Shown in pieces: positions 9,703 through 18,706 of a stretch of 39,217 nucleotides of DNA. Source of the stretch: Nitrosarchaeum sp. (lineage in GTDB: Archaea > Thermoproteota > Nitrososphaeria > Nitrososphaerales > Nitrosopumilaceae); assembly GCA_031431055.1 (NCBI GenBank), contig JANPCQ010000085.1:1-39217 (forward strand), written 5' to 3'. The notes under the pieces are model-generated. The model was not told the origin of the DNA, did not search any database, and was given only the letters and a program-made list of their open reading frames with translations. Within the stretch, counting starts at the first letter, position 1. Each line of letters opens with the position of its first letter. Both the position numbers and the translations under genes were made by a program.

Positions 9703-10163
9703 GTGTTAGTATAGGACTAATTGGTTAATGAGGAACATTTTGAAACTTTAAAGCGGAACACATGACGGAACGTGTATTTCATCTCTTAAAATTAATAATT
9801 TTAACAAAAATTACCGCAATGAGAGAAAATCTCTCTTCAGCATCAAATCCATAAGATCTATGTCAAAATAGTGCTTTTTGAATATAACCTACCAAAGAGA
9901 AAATTTGAGTACAAAGAATTGAGAACAGCGTTGAGTATTGTGTTCAGTTATTTGATTAATTCTAGTCTAAAAAGTCCTGACGTAGATTAGTATCATACTA
10001 TTGTATATTGAACAACTAACAGTAAACTAGAAAAATTTTTTATAATTCTAATAGAGCTTAGAAATTCAATTTTTGGTGGTATAACCACCATTTTTCTTTT
10101 TAATGATCAAAAAATCAGTCACTAGGTCAGCTTTGAGATTCATAATAACTTTTTATTCCCATT

Positions 10164-10658
10164 TTGAAAAGAGAACATAAAATGTTTGATAAATTCAAAA
10201 AGGAAGAAGGCGGAGAGATGACTGAAGAAAGAACTGCCGATGAACATGCAAATATGAAATCTAGAGAGATGTCATCTAATGAAACAGCAGGAGAAATTGG
10301 AATTGTAGAATTAATGGATAAACGTGCCAAATTAGAAGAAGCCATTGACTATGTAGGTTTAATGATAAAAAATCTAAAAGATAAGAGAACCGTGTTAGAA
10401 AAAGATATTGAAGAAGAATCTGTAGATATTAAAAATCTAAAAGAAAAATTAGAGAAAGTGAGTCAGTACATTGAAGAGGAAAATAGAGGAATTAAAGAAC
10501 TAACTCATAAGAGACAACAAGTTGAAAATGAGGCTGATGAGGTAGGCTCACTTATCAATAATTTAAGAGATAGATTATCTGGAATTGATAGAATAATTGA
10601 TAATGAAGGTAATAGAATTAAGAAAATTAAAGAACCCAGAGAATCTCTAGAAAGTTAA
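10164..10658 (+). CDS. Coiled-coil hypothetical protein
   Basis: Long heptad-rich, E/K-rich sequence; start may be a downstream ATG. Confidence 0.75.
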   Translation: MKREHKMFDKFKKEEGGEMTEERTADEHANMKSREMSSNETAGEIGIVELMDKRAKLEEAIDYVGLMIKNLKDKRTVLEKDIEEESVDIKNLKEKLEKVSQYIEEENRGIKELTHKRQQVENEADEVGSLINNLRDRLSGIDRIIDNEGNRIKKIKEPRESLES

Positions 10659-10676
10659 GATTTAGAATTTTAGGTA

Positions 10677-11315
10677 TCAGAAAAATTTACTTTTAGAAGT
10701 CCTAGTGTTTGTAGGCATTGAAGGAAATCTATTTTCAACAGAACTTTCAGCTACAGCTGCTGCCTCTTGTAGAATTTTCTCGGATTCAGAATTGGTTGTT
10801 TCGTCCATTCCAAATGTAGCACCACTTGAGAAACTATCAGTCATAAATCTACCCAACATTTGTGTCATCTGATTAATTTCTTGGTCAGCACTTGGCATGA
10901 ACTTTACAAGAGATGATTTAAGATTTTTCATTAAACCTATTGTAGGCATAATAGTAACTATAGTATCTCCAAGATCATGATAAGTTGTTAATCTTAATTC
11001 AATTTGCTCTAATGCTATTCTTGCATTACCTAAAATTTTTGTAGTTTTTCTTACCTCTACTAATTCTTTTGATAAAATTCTACTTGTATTCACATCATGT
11101 AACTGAGTTGCTGCAACTATTCTTTTGAAAAGTTTACTGTCTCTTTCATTTAATTTTACAATCATTGAATCAAGGTTGGCAATTTGTGTTTGTAATTTTT
11201 TGATTCCATTTTGGATTTTAGGTTTTAATGCTCCTTTCGGATTAAATGTGTCGTTGATTTTATCGGTAATCCCTGGTTTTTGTTGTTTATTCCATTTATT
11301 TTGTAAATCTGACAA
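10677..11315 (-). CDS. cdvB: ESCRT-III / Snf7-family protein (CdvB paralog)
   Basis: Snf7 core (ELVEVRK..LEQIELRLTT..DLGD), ILQEAAAVA helix, C-terminal FPSMP MIM2-like motif. Confidence 0.88.
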   Translation of the reverse strand: MSDLQNKWNKQQKPGITDKINDTFNPKGALKPKIQNGIKKLQTQIANLDSMIVKLNERDSKLFKRIVAATQLHDVNTSRILSKELVEVRKTTKILGNARIALEQIELRLTTYHDLGDTIVTIMPTIGLMKNLKSSLVKFMPSADQEINQMTQMLGRFMTDSFSSGATFGMDETTNSESEKILQEAAAVAESSVENRFPSMPTNTRTSKSKFF

Positions 11316-11401
11316 TGAATTTGATCTTATGATTTGTACTTAATTTCAAGTGTAAACATTGCTTAACAGTAAATAAAATATTACTAACAAGAATGTCTTT
11401 C

Positions 11402-11506
11402 CTAGAGATTTAGGATTGATATTCTTTGTGAATGGATTTTTTGTATGTGATTTGGAATCACAGCGTTGTTATTTAGCGACTCTCCGCATAGGGGACATTT
11501 TACCAT
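11402..11506 (-). CDS. C2H2 zinc-finger micro-protein, 34 aa (not in ORF track)
   Basis: Manual translation MVKCPLCGESLNNNAVIPNHIQKIHSQRISILNL; C-x2-C-x12-H-x4-H; TTTAAATA box at 11534-11541. Confidence 0.65.
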   Translation of the reverse strand: MVKCPLCGESLNNNAVIPNHIQKIHSQRISILNL

Positions 11507-11630
11507 TCTATGTTTGTGTGGATAAAAAAATTGTATTTAAATATTTTTTTTAAGCCCAAATTCAGAAAATCTACCCGGTTTTGTATGTCAAATCTTTTTA
11601 AGTATAGAATGAAGATGAATTTCTGAATTT

Positions 11631-12543
11631 ATGGCTCAAAGTGTTGGTTCTAGTAATAGATGTCAACGTTGTAACAAGGAAGCAATTTTGACTGATTCTA
11701 ATACTGGGGAGATGTTTTGCTCCAAGTGTGGTTTTGTTACTACAGATAGAGTAGAACAAGAAGGGCCAGAATGGAGAGCATTTTCTAAAGAAGATGGAAG
11801 ATAATAGAACTAGGATAGGTACGCCAACTTCTTTGGCTATGCACGATATGGGACTGGCTACAATAATTAATCCTCAAAATAAGGATGCCGCTGGAAAACC
11901 ACTCACTGCATCAATGAAGAGTACAATTGAGAGGCTAAGGACATGGGACAATAGAAGCCAGGTTCATGAGCCTGTTGACAGAAACTTTAGACAGACGTTT
12001 AGCGAATTAGATAGACTAAAAACAAAACTTGCATTATTTGATGCTGTTATTGAAAAGACAGCCTATATTTACAGAAAAGCCCTTGACAAAGGGCTTGTCA
12101 GAGGGCGTTCAATTCCAGGTCTTATAGCAGCATCTCTTTATGCTGCATGTAGAAATACTGAAACTCCAAGAACGTTAACAGATGTTGCAAACGGAATTAA
12201 CATCAAAAGAAAAGATATAGCAAGATGTTACAGATTATTATTAAGAGAATTAGATCTGAAAATGCCAGTTGTGAATCCTATTAAATGCATCTCAAGAATA
12301 TCTAGTATTACAGAATTATCAGAGAAAACAAAAAGAAAGGCAGTAGAGATTTTAGATCCGGCTACTAAAATTGAACTTTCTGCAGGAAAAGATCCAATGG
12401 GATTAGCTGCTGCAACATTATACCTGTCTTGTGTAATAATTGGTGAAAATAAAACTCAAAAAGACATCGCAGTTGCTACAGGAGTTACAGAAGTAACTAG
12501 AAGAAATAGATACAAGGGTCTGAAAGAAGCTTTAGAGTTATGA
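11631..12543 (+). pseudogene. tfb: Transcription initiation factor B paralog, frameshifted
   Basis: ATG 11631 encodes the Zn ribbon (CQRC..CSKCG) and GPEWRAF, stopping at 11802-11804; the cyclin-repeat core continues in the +1 frame (ORF 11794-12543); one extra A at about 11798. Confidence 0.88.
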
Positions 12544-12585
12544 TTAGAAATTTATTTTTATAATAGAATTAATCATTTAGCTTAA

Positions 12586-13014
12586 ATGAATAAAAAAATA
12601 ATCATCATTCCTATAATGTTGATAATAGTCGTAATAGGATTATCATTTAATCAGGAGGATACGGAAAATAGCAATGTAGTTTTTCATGCTACTTTGGCAG
12701 AACCTGATTTATACAAAAATGGAATTTATTCTGATACATTTACTGTGAATAAAGGAAATTATCTTTTCAGATTTGTTCCCAATGGTGATAGTCCTCAATT
12801 TCTAACTATTTTATTAAAAGGAGAAAACTATAATTTTTCTGAAAATTTCAAGTTGAAAGGAATTCTACATCAAACAGGAATATCAGAGTATTATACTTGG
12901 GATTATGATGGACAAAAAGCAATTTCAATTCCAGCTCAACAGGTAATAGCCATTGAAATTAATCCAAATGGAAATGAATTAGGCCCAGTATCTGTGGATA
13001 TTATTAAAAATTAA
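12586..13014 (+). CDS. Secreted or membrane-anchored hypothetical protein
   Basis: N-terminal hydrophobic helix, beta-rich body. Confidence 0.75.
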   Translation: MNKKIIIIPIMLIIVVIGLSFNQEDTENSNVVFHATLAEPDLYKNGIYSDTFTVNKGNYLFRFVPNGDSPQFLTILLKGENYNFSENFKLKGILHQTGISEYYTWDYDGQKAISIPAQQVIAIEINPNGNELGPVSVDIIKN

Positions 13015-13017
13015 AAA

Positions 13018-13146
13018 GGCGTTTCCCCTTTACTGCAGAACTATGAGAGATTTCCTCTCGTGGTCAGGTCGTTAAAACGCCTGATTACCTTTTTTGTTCT
13101 GCGGGGTAACGCCACTTTAGTCGATAGGAATTATATCCTTCGGCAT
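13018..13146 (-). ncRNA. Candidate structured non-coding RNA, family unknown; strand tentative
   Basis: About 46% GC island in AT-rich DNA; nested complementary stems; minus-strand TTAAATA box at 13169-13175 and a T-run at its 3' end. Confidence 0.6.
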
Positions 13147-13527
13147 TATTTATTATAGTTACTTCAACTATTTAAGAATTAATATGAAAAATTATAATAT
13201 TTTATAGAATTTTATGAAAAATTTTATGCTACTAGTTAACTCAAAGATTTGGAAAAAATCATATCAAAATAATTAGAAAATTGAAAAATTCAACATAGAT
13301 AATGTGAAAGAAAACAATGTTACACAATATTTTGATTTAGTATTGATTAATGTAGAGTAGATGATTTTGATTCTAGAAAACAAATTAGGTTTTGAAGAAT
13401 GATTTGTAAACATATGAAATGATAAAATTATTTTCAAATTATAGAATTCATCCTACGAATATGAAAAATAAATTCTTACATTATTAGTTTAAAGAGCTAT
13501 AAATTACGAAATTTATTGAAAAAAACG

Positions 13528-14272
13528 TTGAAGTTATCTGGAAAAGTTGCAATTGTAACTGGTGGAAGTAGAGGCATTGGATTTGCAACTGCAAAAAATT
13601 TTTGCTGAAAACGGTGCAAATATAGTCATAACAGCAAAAGATTCAAAGAGATTAGAAAGTGCAGTTAGTCAGCTTTCAAATACAATAGGAATAACAGCTG
13701 ATATTAGAAATGAAAATGATGTTAAAAAAGTTGTAGAATAAACTATTGAGAAATTTGGTAAATTAGATATTCTAGTAAATAATGCAGGAATTTTTCCAAA
13801 GATAAAACAATTACATGAAATTAACGAGTCTGAATGGAATGATGTTTTAGATGTAAATCTTACAGGACAATTTAGATTTACAAAAGCAGCAATACCTCAT
13901 TTACAAAAAACATCAGGATCAATAGTCAATATCTCATCAGATGCAGGATTAAAAGCATATCAAGGATTTAATGTAGATGCATATTCTGCAGCAAAAGCCG
14001 GATTAATTATTCTTACAAAATGTTGGGCGTTAGAATATGCAAAATACAAAATTCGGGTTAATTGTATTTGTCCTGGTGTGGTTGATACAGATATGACAAA
14101 ACCATTTTTAAAAACTGAAAAAGATAGGGAATTTATGAATAATGAGCACCCAATGGGCAGAATTGGGCAACCAGAAGAAATAGCGAAAGCAATTTTGTAT
14201 TTTGCTTCCGATGATGCTGCCTGGACAACAGGAGCAATACTTACAGTTGATGGTGGAGAATCAATCAAGTAA
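13528..14272 (+). pseudogene. SDR oxidoreductase (FabG-like), disrupted
   Basis: TTG start, TGGSRGIG; extra A in the A6 run 13593-13598; in-frame TAA 13739-13741; then NNAG, YSAAK, NCICPG and VDGG. Confidence 0.92.
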
Positions 14273-14313
14273 ATTCATAGGGATTTAATACTGCTCAAAG
14301 AATACTGAAAATA

Positions 14314-14520
14314 ATGACAGATCGAAAGAAAAAGGCCAAATTAATTATTCTATTAGGAATAATTTGGGTAGTCATTACATTACCATTACCTTGGATAGTC
14401 AATAATCCACAAGTATCAGAATCTCAATTTAACATCATACTTGCAATTATTGGAGTAATGTCAATTCCATTTATTGTCCTAGGAGTCGTCTGGACATTAA
14501 AACCAGAATTAACTACCTAG
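14314..14520 (+). CDS. Small 2-TM membrane protein
   Basis: 68 aa, two hydrophobic helices. Confidence 0.7.
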   Translation: MTDRKKKAKLIILLGIIWVVITLPLPWIVNNPQVSESQFNIILAIIGVMSIPFIVLGVVWTLKPELTT

Positions 14521-14530
14521 GTAATTACCA

Positions 14531-15346
14531 ATGAAAAATATTCCAGTTTTAGACAAAATGCCAGAATTAGATGTGGCTATTGAGGCTGTATATGAAGCAG
14601 GAAATTCAATTTTAAAAATATACGAAAGCAAATATGAAACATTCACTAAAAGTGATGATTCACCAATTACAGAAGCTGATCTAAAAAGTAATGAAATCAT
14701 TAAGGCTATTTTATCAAAAACAAATCATAAAATTTTATCAGAAGAAGATAAAGATGATCAGAAGAGATTATTGGAGGAAACTATTTGGATAGTTGATCCT
14801 CTTGATGGCACTTCTGATTTTATAGACAAAACTGGAGAATTTACTGTAATGATTGCACTGATAAAAAATAAAAAACCAATCATAGGTGTTATTGGTTGGC
14901 CTACAGAAAAAACTATTTTTGCAGCACAAAAAGGCTGCGGTGCTTTTAGGTTTTCAAAGGGCAAATGGAAGGAAATATCAGTTACAAAAGTTTCAGAACT
15001 TTCAAAATGTAAAGCGGTTGGTTCAAGACATCATCTTTCAGAAAAAGAAAAAATGTTTATCAAAAAATTAGGGATTAAAAATTTTACTAGTATAGGAAGT
15101 TCATTAAAAGTAGGAAAGATTAGCTCAGGAGAAGCAGAAGTATACATTACTACAACAAATAAGATGAAAGAATGGGATTCAGCTGCATCATATTGTTTAA
15201 TTTCTGAAGCAGGTGGAAAAATGACTGATATGTTAGGTAATGACATTACATACAATAACAAAATAGTAAATCACCAAAATGGAATTTTAGTAACTAATGG
15301 ATTGATTCATGATAAAATAGTTAAAGAATTTAAAAAACTAGATTAG
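14531..15346 (+). CDS. cysQ: 3'(2'),5'-bisphosphate nucleotidase (inositol monophosphatase family)
   Basis: SPITEAD, LSEE, WIVDPLDGT, GSSLK, EWDSAA; adjacent to cysC. Confidence 0.88.
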   Translation: MKNIPVLDKMPELDVAIEAVYEAGNSILKIYESKYETFTKSDDSPITEADLKSNEIIKAILSKTNHKILSEEDKDDQKRLLEETIWIVDPLDGTSDFIDKTGEFTVMIALIKNKKPIIGVIGWPTEKTIFAAQKGCGAFRFSKGKWKEISVTKVSELSKCKAVGSRHHLSEKEKMFIKKLGIKNFTSIGSSLKVGKISSGEAEVYITTTNKMKEWDSAASYCLISEAGGKMTDMLGNDITYNNKIVNHQNGILVTNGLIHDKIVKEFKKLD

Positions 15347-15853
15347 GTTTCTTTTCTTAAGAAATTCCTTTACCTTTTTTGCACTATCTGTTAATGACTC
15401 ATGTTCTGTATCAATTAGCAAGTTTGGATTATCGGGAGTCTCATATGGGTCGTCAATTCCTGTAAATCCTTTGATCTCGCCTCTTCTTGCCTTGGCATAC
15501 ATTCCCTTGACATCTCTTTGCTCACATTTTTCAATTGAGCATTTAATGTAACATTCAGCAAACTGGTCACCTGAATTGATGATCTCTCTTGCATTGTCTC
15601 TGTTTTCCTTGTATGGGGAAACAAGAGATACTGCAGATGGAACTCCATGTTTTAGTAATAATTTTGCCAGATGAGCTACTCTTTTGTTGTGCTCATCTCT
15701 TCCTGCCTTGGTAAAGTCTTTTGGTGAAAACCACTCTCTCAGCTCATCTCCATCAAGCATTGCTAGATTTGGAATGTCTTTTTGTAGCTCTTTGACAATT
15801 GTGGTCTTACCTGAACATGGTAAGCCAGTCATCCATAAAACAAAAGGCTTCAT
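15338..15853 (-). CDS. cysC: Adenylyl-sulfate kinase
   Basis: WMTGLPCSGKTT, LDGD, RDVKGMY, FTGIDDPYE. Confidence 0.95.
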   Translation of the reverse strand: MKPFVLWMTGLPCSGKTTIVKELQKDIPNLAMLDGDELREWFSPKDFTKAGRDEHNKRVAHLAKLLLKHGVPSAVSLVSPYKENRDNAREIINSGDQFAECYIKCSIEKCEQRDVKGMYAKARRGEIKGFTGIDDPYETPDNPNLLIDTEHESLTDSAKKVKEFLKKRNLI

Positions 15854-15886
15854 AATTGGAAATTTCTAAAATAGGTCTTAAAGAGC

Positions 15887-16438
15887 TTACGTTAGAAACC
15901 AAGGACGTTTCTCAAGATATTCAATTTCTTTGATCATCTCTTGCATCTTTTTTGTAATTGCCATAACAGAACGAAACTGCTCAAACATCTCCATCTCTTC
16001 TTCTTTTGATATTACTTCGCTTTCTGCCTTATCAAAGAATTGTTCCTCTTTTGACATGTGATCCATAAGATAAATTGAATATGTTCTAAGAAATCTTGCT
16101 ACAGGTTCTCTTGCGTCTTCTCCGTTCTTCCAACGTGTCAGATGCGTTGATATATTGTTTGCAATCCTTCGCGAAAACTCGTGCTCTATCATTAAATTTC
16201 TTATCTCTTCTTTTAGATGATCATAGCTTGCAACACATGGAAAATACGAGTCTTCCTCTCTTGAATAATGGATAGAGTCTAGGAATTCTGCAATTACTAG
16301 ATTTATTTTTTCAATATCACCAAGTGGTATATCCTTTCCGTCATAAAGATCCTTGTAACATTTTATAATTATTTTTTCTAGACGTTTGATCTGCTTGTGG
16401 TCTTCCCGTAAAGAGTCAGTTGCACTCAATGATATCAA
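15887..16438 (-). CDS. Hemerythrin (HHE) domain protein
   Basis: LREDH, HYSREE, EHE, HMSKEE motifs. Confidence 0.88.
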   Translation of the reverse strand: MISLSATDSLREDHKQIKRLEKIIIKCYKDLYDGKDIPLGDIEKINLVIAEFLDSIHYSREEDSYFPCVASYDHLKEEIRNLMIEHEFSRRIANNISTHLTRWKNGEDAREPVARFLRTYSIYLMDHMSKEEQFFDKAESEVISKEEEMEMFEQFRSVMAITKKMQEMIKEIEYLEKRPWFLT

Positions 16439-16574
16439 ATTGTTTATGATGATTTAATGTGTATCTAGTTTACAAAATCGTTTTTGGAACAAAATATTTC
16501 TCATGGATGATATTTCATAATTAAGTAAAAAAGCCAAAAATCTACAAGAAATAGAACAAAAAGAAAGATGAGAA

Positions 16575-16874
16575 TTAAGACTTTAGTTTTTCATTAATAG
16601 TTTGGATATATTTTTGATTATATTCGGTAAATAATCGAATTTTGTCTTGTGCCAGAGCCATAGCACCAGGTCTACTATTGATGTGTTTATTTGCTATTTG
16701 TTGTTCTTTTAACAATTTTTTCAAATCATCTTTGGTTTGTAATTCAAGTTCATTAATCAAATTTTGAAATTCATTTTCTAGTAATTCCTTTGTATCAGGA
16801 ATTGCAGGTGGAATTGCTCCTATGATTTCTTTTGCAGTAATTCTTCCAAATACTTTTTTGTTTAGTTCAGTCAA
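16575..16874 (-). CDS. Hypothetical protein
   Basis: 99 aa helical ORF. Confidence 0.65.
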   Translation of the reverse strand: MTELNKKVFGRITAKEIIGAIPPAIPDTKELLENEFQNLINELELQTKDDLKKLLKEQQIANKHINSRPGAMALAQDKIRLFTEYNQKYIQTINEKLKS

Positions 16875-17052
16875 TAATCAAAATTCCTTTTGGTGTTATA
16901 AATTCAATTTGGCATGTAGAATTTGATATTTTTGTTTAGCATAAATTGATTAAAATTTTCCTTTAATAGTTGTTTAAATGAAAAATGACCAGTTCATATC
17001 TAATTCATGTTAGATAATAAAACATTATAAGAAATCAATCTTAGTAATAGTT

Positions 17053-17325
17053 ATGCCAATTCCAGATGACATCCAGGAATACGTTGAAAAAAATATCAAT
17101 TTAATGATTTCTCAGACTGAGACATATCTTCCTATAATCAAAATAGTATTTCCTTATTCAAAAAATGTAGCAGATGGAATTTACAATCTGATTATAGGTA
17201 GTGCAATATCTATTTTTATTAATCAATACGCAGTGCGAATGAAATATCCAACAGCTGATGATTTTTCAGAGTTTGCAAAAATAGCTTACAAATATAGAGA
17301 TAAGATAGATCAGTTCTTCAAATAA
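17053..17325 (+). CDS. Hypothetical protein
   Basis: 90 aa ORF with upstream TTATAA box. Confidence 0.7.
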   Translation: MPIPDDIQEYVEKNINLMISQTETYLPIIKIVFPYSKNVADGIYNLIIGSAISIFINQYAVRMKYPTADDFSEFAKIAYKYRDKIDQFFK

Positions 17326-17358
17326 TTACTAGAATGTAAAAATAATAGTGAATTCTAA

Positions 17359-17589
17359 ATGGTTTTTTCTTATCATGTCATTAAATTTGAAACCATATCA
17401 TTTTTACAAGGTACACATTGGTCTCAATCAGTAGGAGATAAAGGAGTTCTATACAAATCTCTTAAGGATCCTTATTCTAAGTTAATAATTCAATCATCAA
17501 ATAACTCAGAAAAACTATTTCATGTTCCTAAAGATAGAACAGTAATTGTTGTAAACAAAGTTGTTCACTTTCTAGGCGAATTAGTCTAA
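17359..17589 (+). CDS. Hypothetical protein
   Basis: 76 aa ORF. Confidence 0.65.
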   Translation: MVFSYHVIKFETISFLQGTHWSQSVGDKGVLYKSLKDPYSKLIIQSSNNSEKLFHVPKDRTVIVVNKVVHFLGELV

Positions 17590-17647
17590 AACTTAACTAA
17601 CTAATAATCAGTAATCAAAGTATACAAACAATAATTCTTACAGTTGA

Positions 17648-18031
17648 TTAACCATTTATTATAGCAGCCATTAGTGATTTTCCACCAATTAATGCACTAA
17701 TAGTTAGTCCTATGTTTGCTACTAGATTAACAACTAGAGTATCATAATGATGATTTATCTAAGAGATTACTGGAGTCAAGTGTAAATGACGACATGGTAG
17801 TAAGTGAACCACAAAAACCGATTGCAGTTAAGAGTGAATATCTTCCATCAAGATTCTATTGTTCTGATAAAACGACAAACATTCCTTATGGATAAATGCT
17901 CCAATAACATTAACAATCAAAACATTAAGAGGTAAAGTATTGAACAATAACGGAGATTCTGTGATTTTATATCTTAGAAAAGCTCCAAGTGCAGATCCTA
18001 CTGCCAAAAATACAAATTCCAAACCTTTCAT
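17648..18031 (-). pseudogene. crcB: Fluoride channel Fluc/CrcB, disrupted
   Basis: GSALGAFLRY and NVIGAF in the first frame; GFCGSLTTMSSF in a shifted frame; two frameshifts (about 17888 and 17755) and TAG at 17856-17858. Confidence 0.92.
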
Positions 18032-18172
18032 TATTTACTTCTAATTTTTGTATTATTAGGAATTATTAGTGTTATTTAGTCATGATTTTTTATTCATATC
18101 AAGGCTATGTCAATAGCTATTTTGAACATAAAACTCATGATTTTTATAGATTCAATAGTTTGTGCAGAATGA

Positions 18173-18367
18173 ATGACGCTTAAACTACAATGTCAAGATT
18201 ATGGGTTTGAGTGTGACTTTATTTTAAATGGAGCAAAGAATGTAGCACTACTTGAAAAACTCAGAGTACATTTTGCAGAAGAGCATGGAATTGAGTATAC
18301 AAGTGAGGTAATTACTCAGATGATTGTTAATCGTGGTCACTCTTTAGAATCTATTCGAAAAGAATAG
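18173..18367 (+). CDS. DUF1059-type small metal-binding protein
   Basis: C.D.G.EC.F and H....HG pattern. Confidence 0.8.
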   Translation: MTLKLQCQDYGFECDFILNGAKNVALLEKLRVHFAEEHGIEYTSEVITQMIVNRGHSLESIRKE

Positions 18368-18456
18368 TTTGTTTTCTCATATTTTTATTTTTTAATTTTG
18401 CTTACAAATTTTATTTTTAACATATATTACAATGTGATTTCTATACCAAATAGGAA

Positions 18457-18678
18457 TTACTTGAAGAAATCAAATTCTTGATCTCTTTTTTGTTTAGGTA
18501 GATCTTCCATTACAGCCTGTACTACTTCATTGTGATTATAGGTGAGATGTCGTAGGAATTTTGCAGATTCATCAGCTCTCTTCTTTGCGTCTGCAAATAA
18601 CATTTCAGGACTACTTAGTTCATTCATCATGGTGTTACATTCTTTGCATGGCTCAAAATCAAGATAGAGTTTCATCAT
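18457..18678 (-). CDS. Small hypothetical protein, possible zinc binder
   Basis: CKEC and HLTYNH motifs. Confidence 0.65.
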   Translation of the reverse strand: MMKLYLDFEPCKECNTMMNELSSPEMLFADAKKRADESAKFLRHLTYNHNEVVQAVMEDLPKQKRDQEFDFFK

Positions 18679-18706
18679 TTTTTAGTCATATTTCTTAGTA
18701 TTTAGA

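Noticed and set aside
10164-10658. Calling the coiled-coil protein CdvA
   Set aside because: No PRC-barrel N-terminus or other CdvA feature is visible
13018-13146. Hammerhead ribozyme, tRNA or C/D-box identity for the structured element
   Set aside because: No CUGANGA core (CUGAUUA on plus, CUGACCA on minus), no cloverleaf or T-loop, no convincing RUGAUGA C box
13150-13527. Long AT-rich spacer as a gene remnant or mobile-element scar
   Set aside because: No recognisable ORF, terminal repeats or homology visible by eye
18032-18172. Fluoride riboswitch upstream of crcB
   Set aside because: Region is very AT-rich and lacks the GGCGAUGG..CGCC-type core
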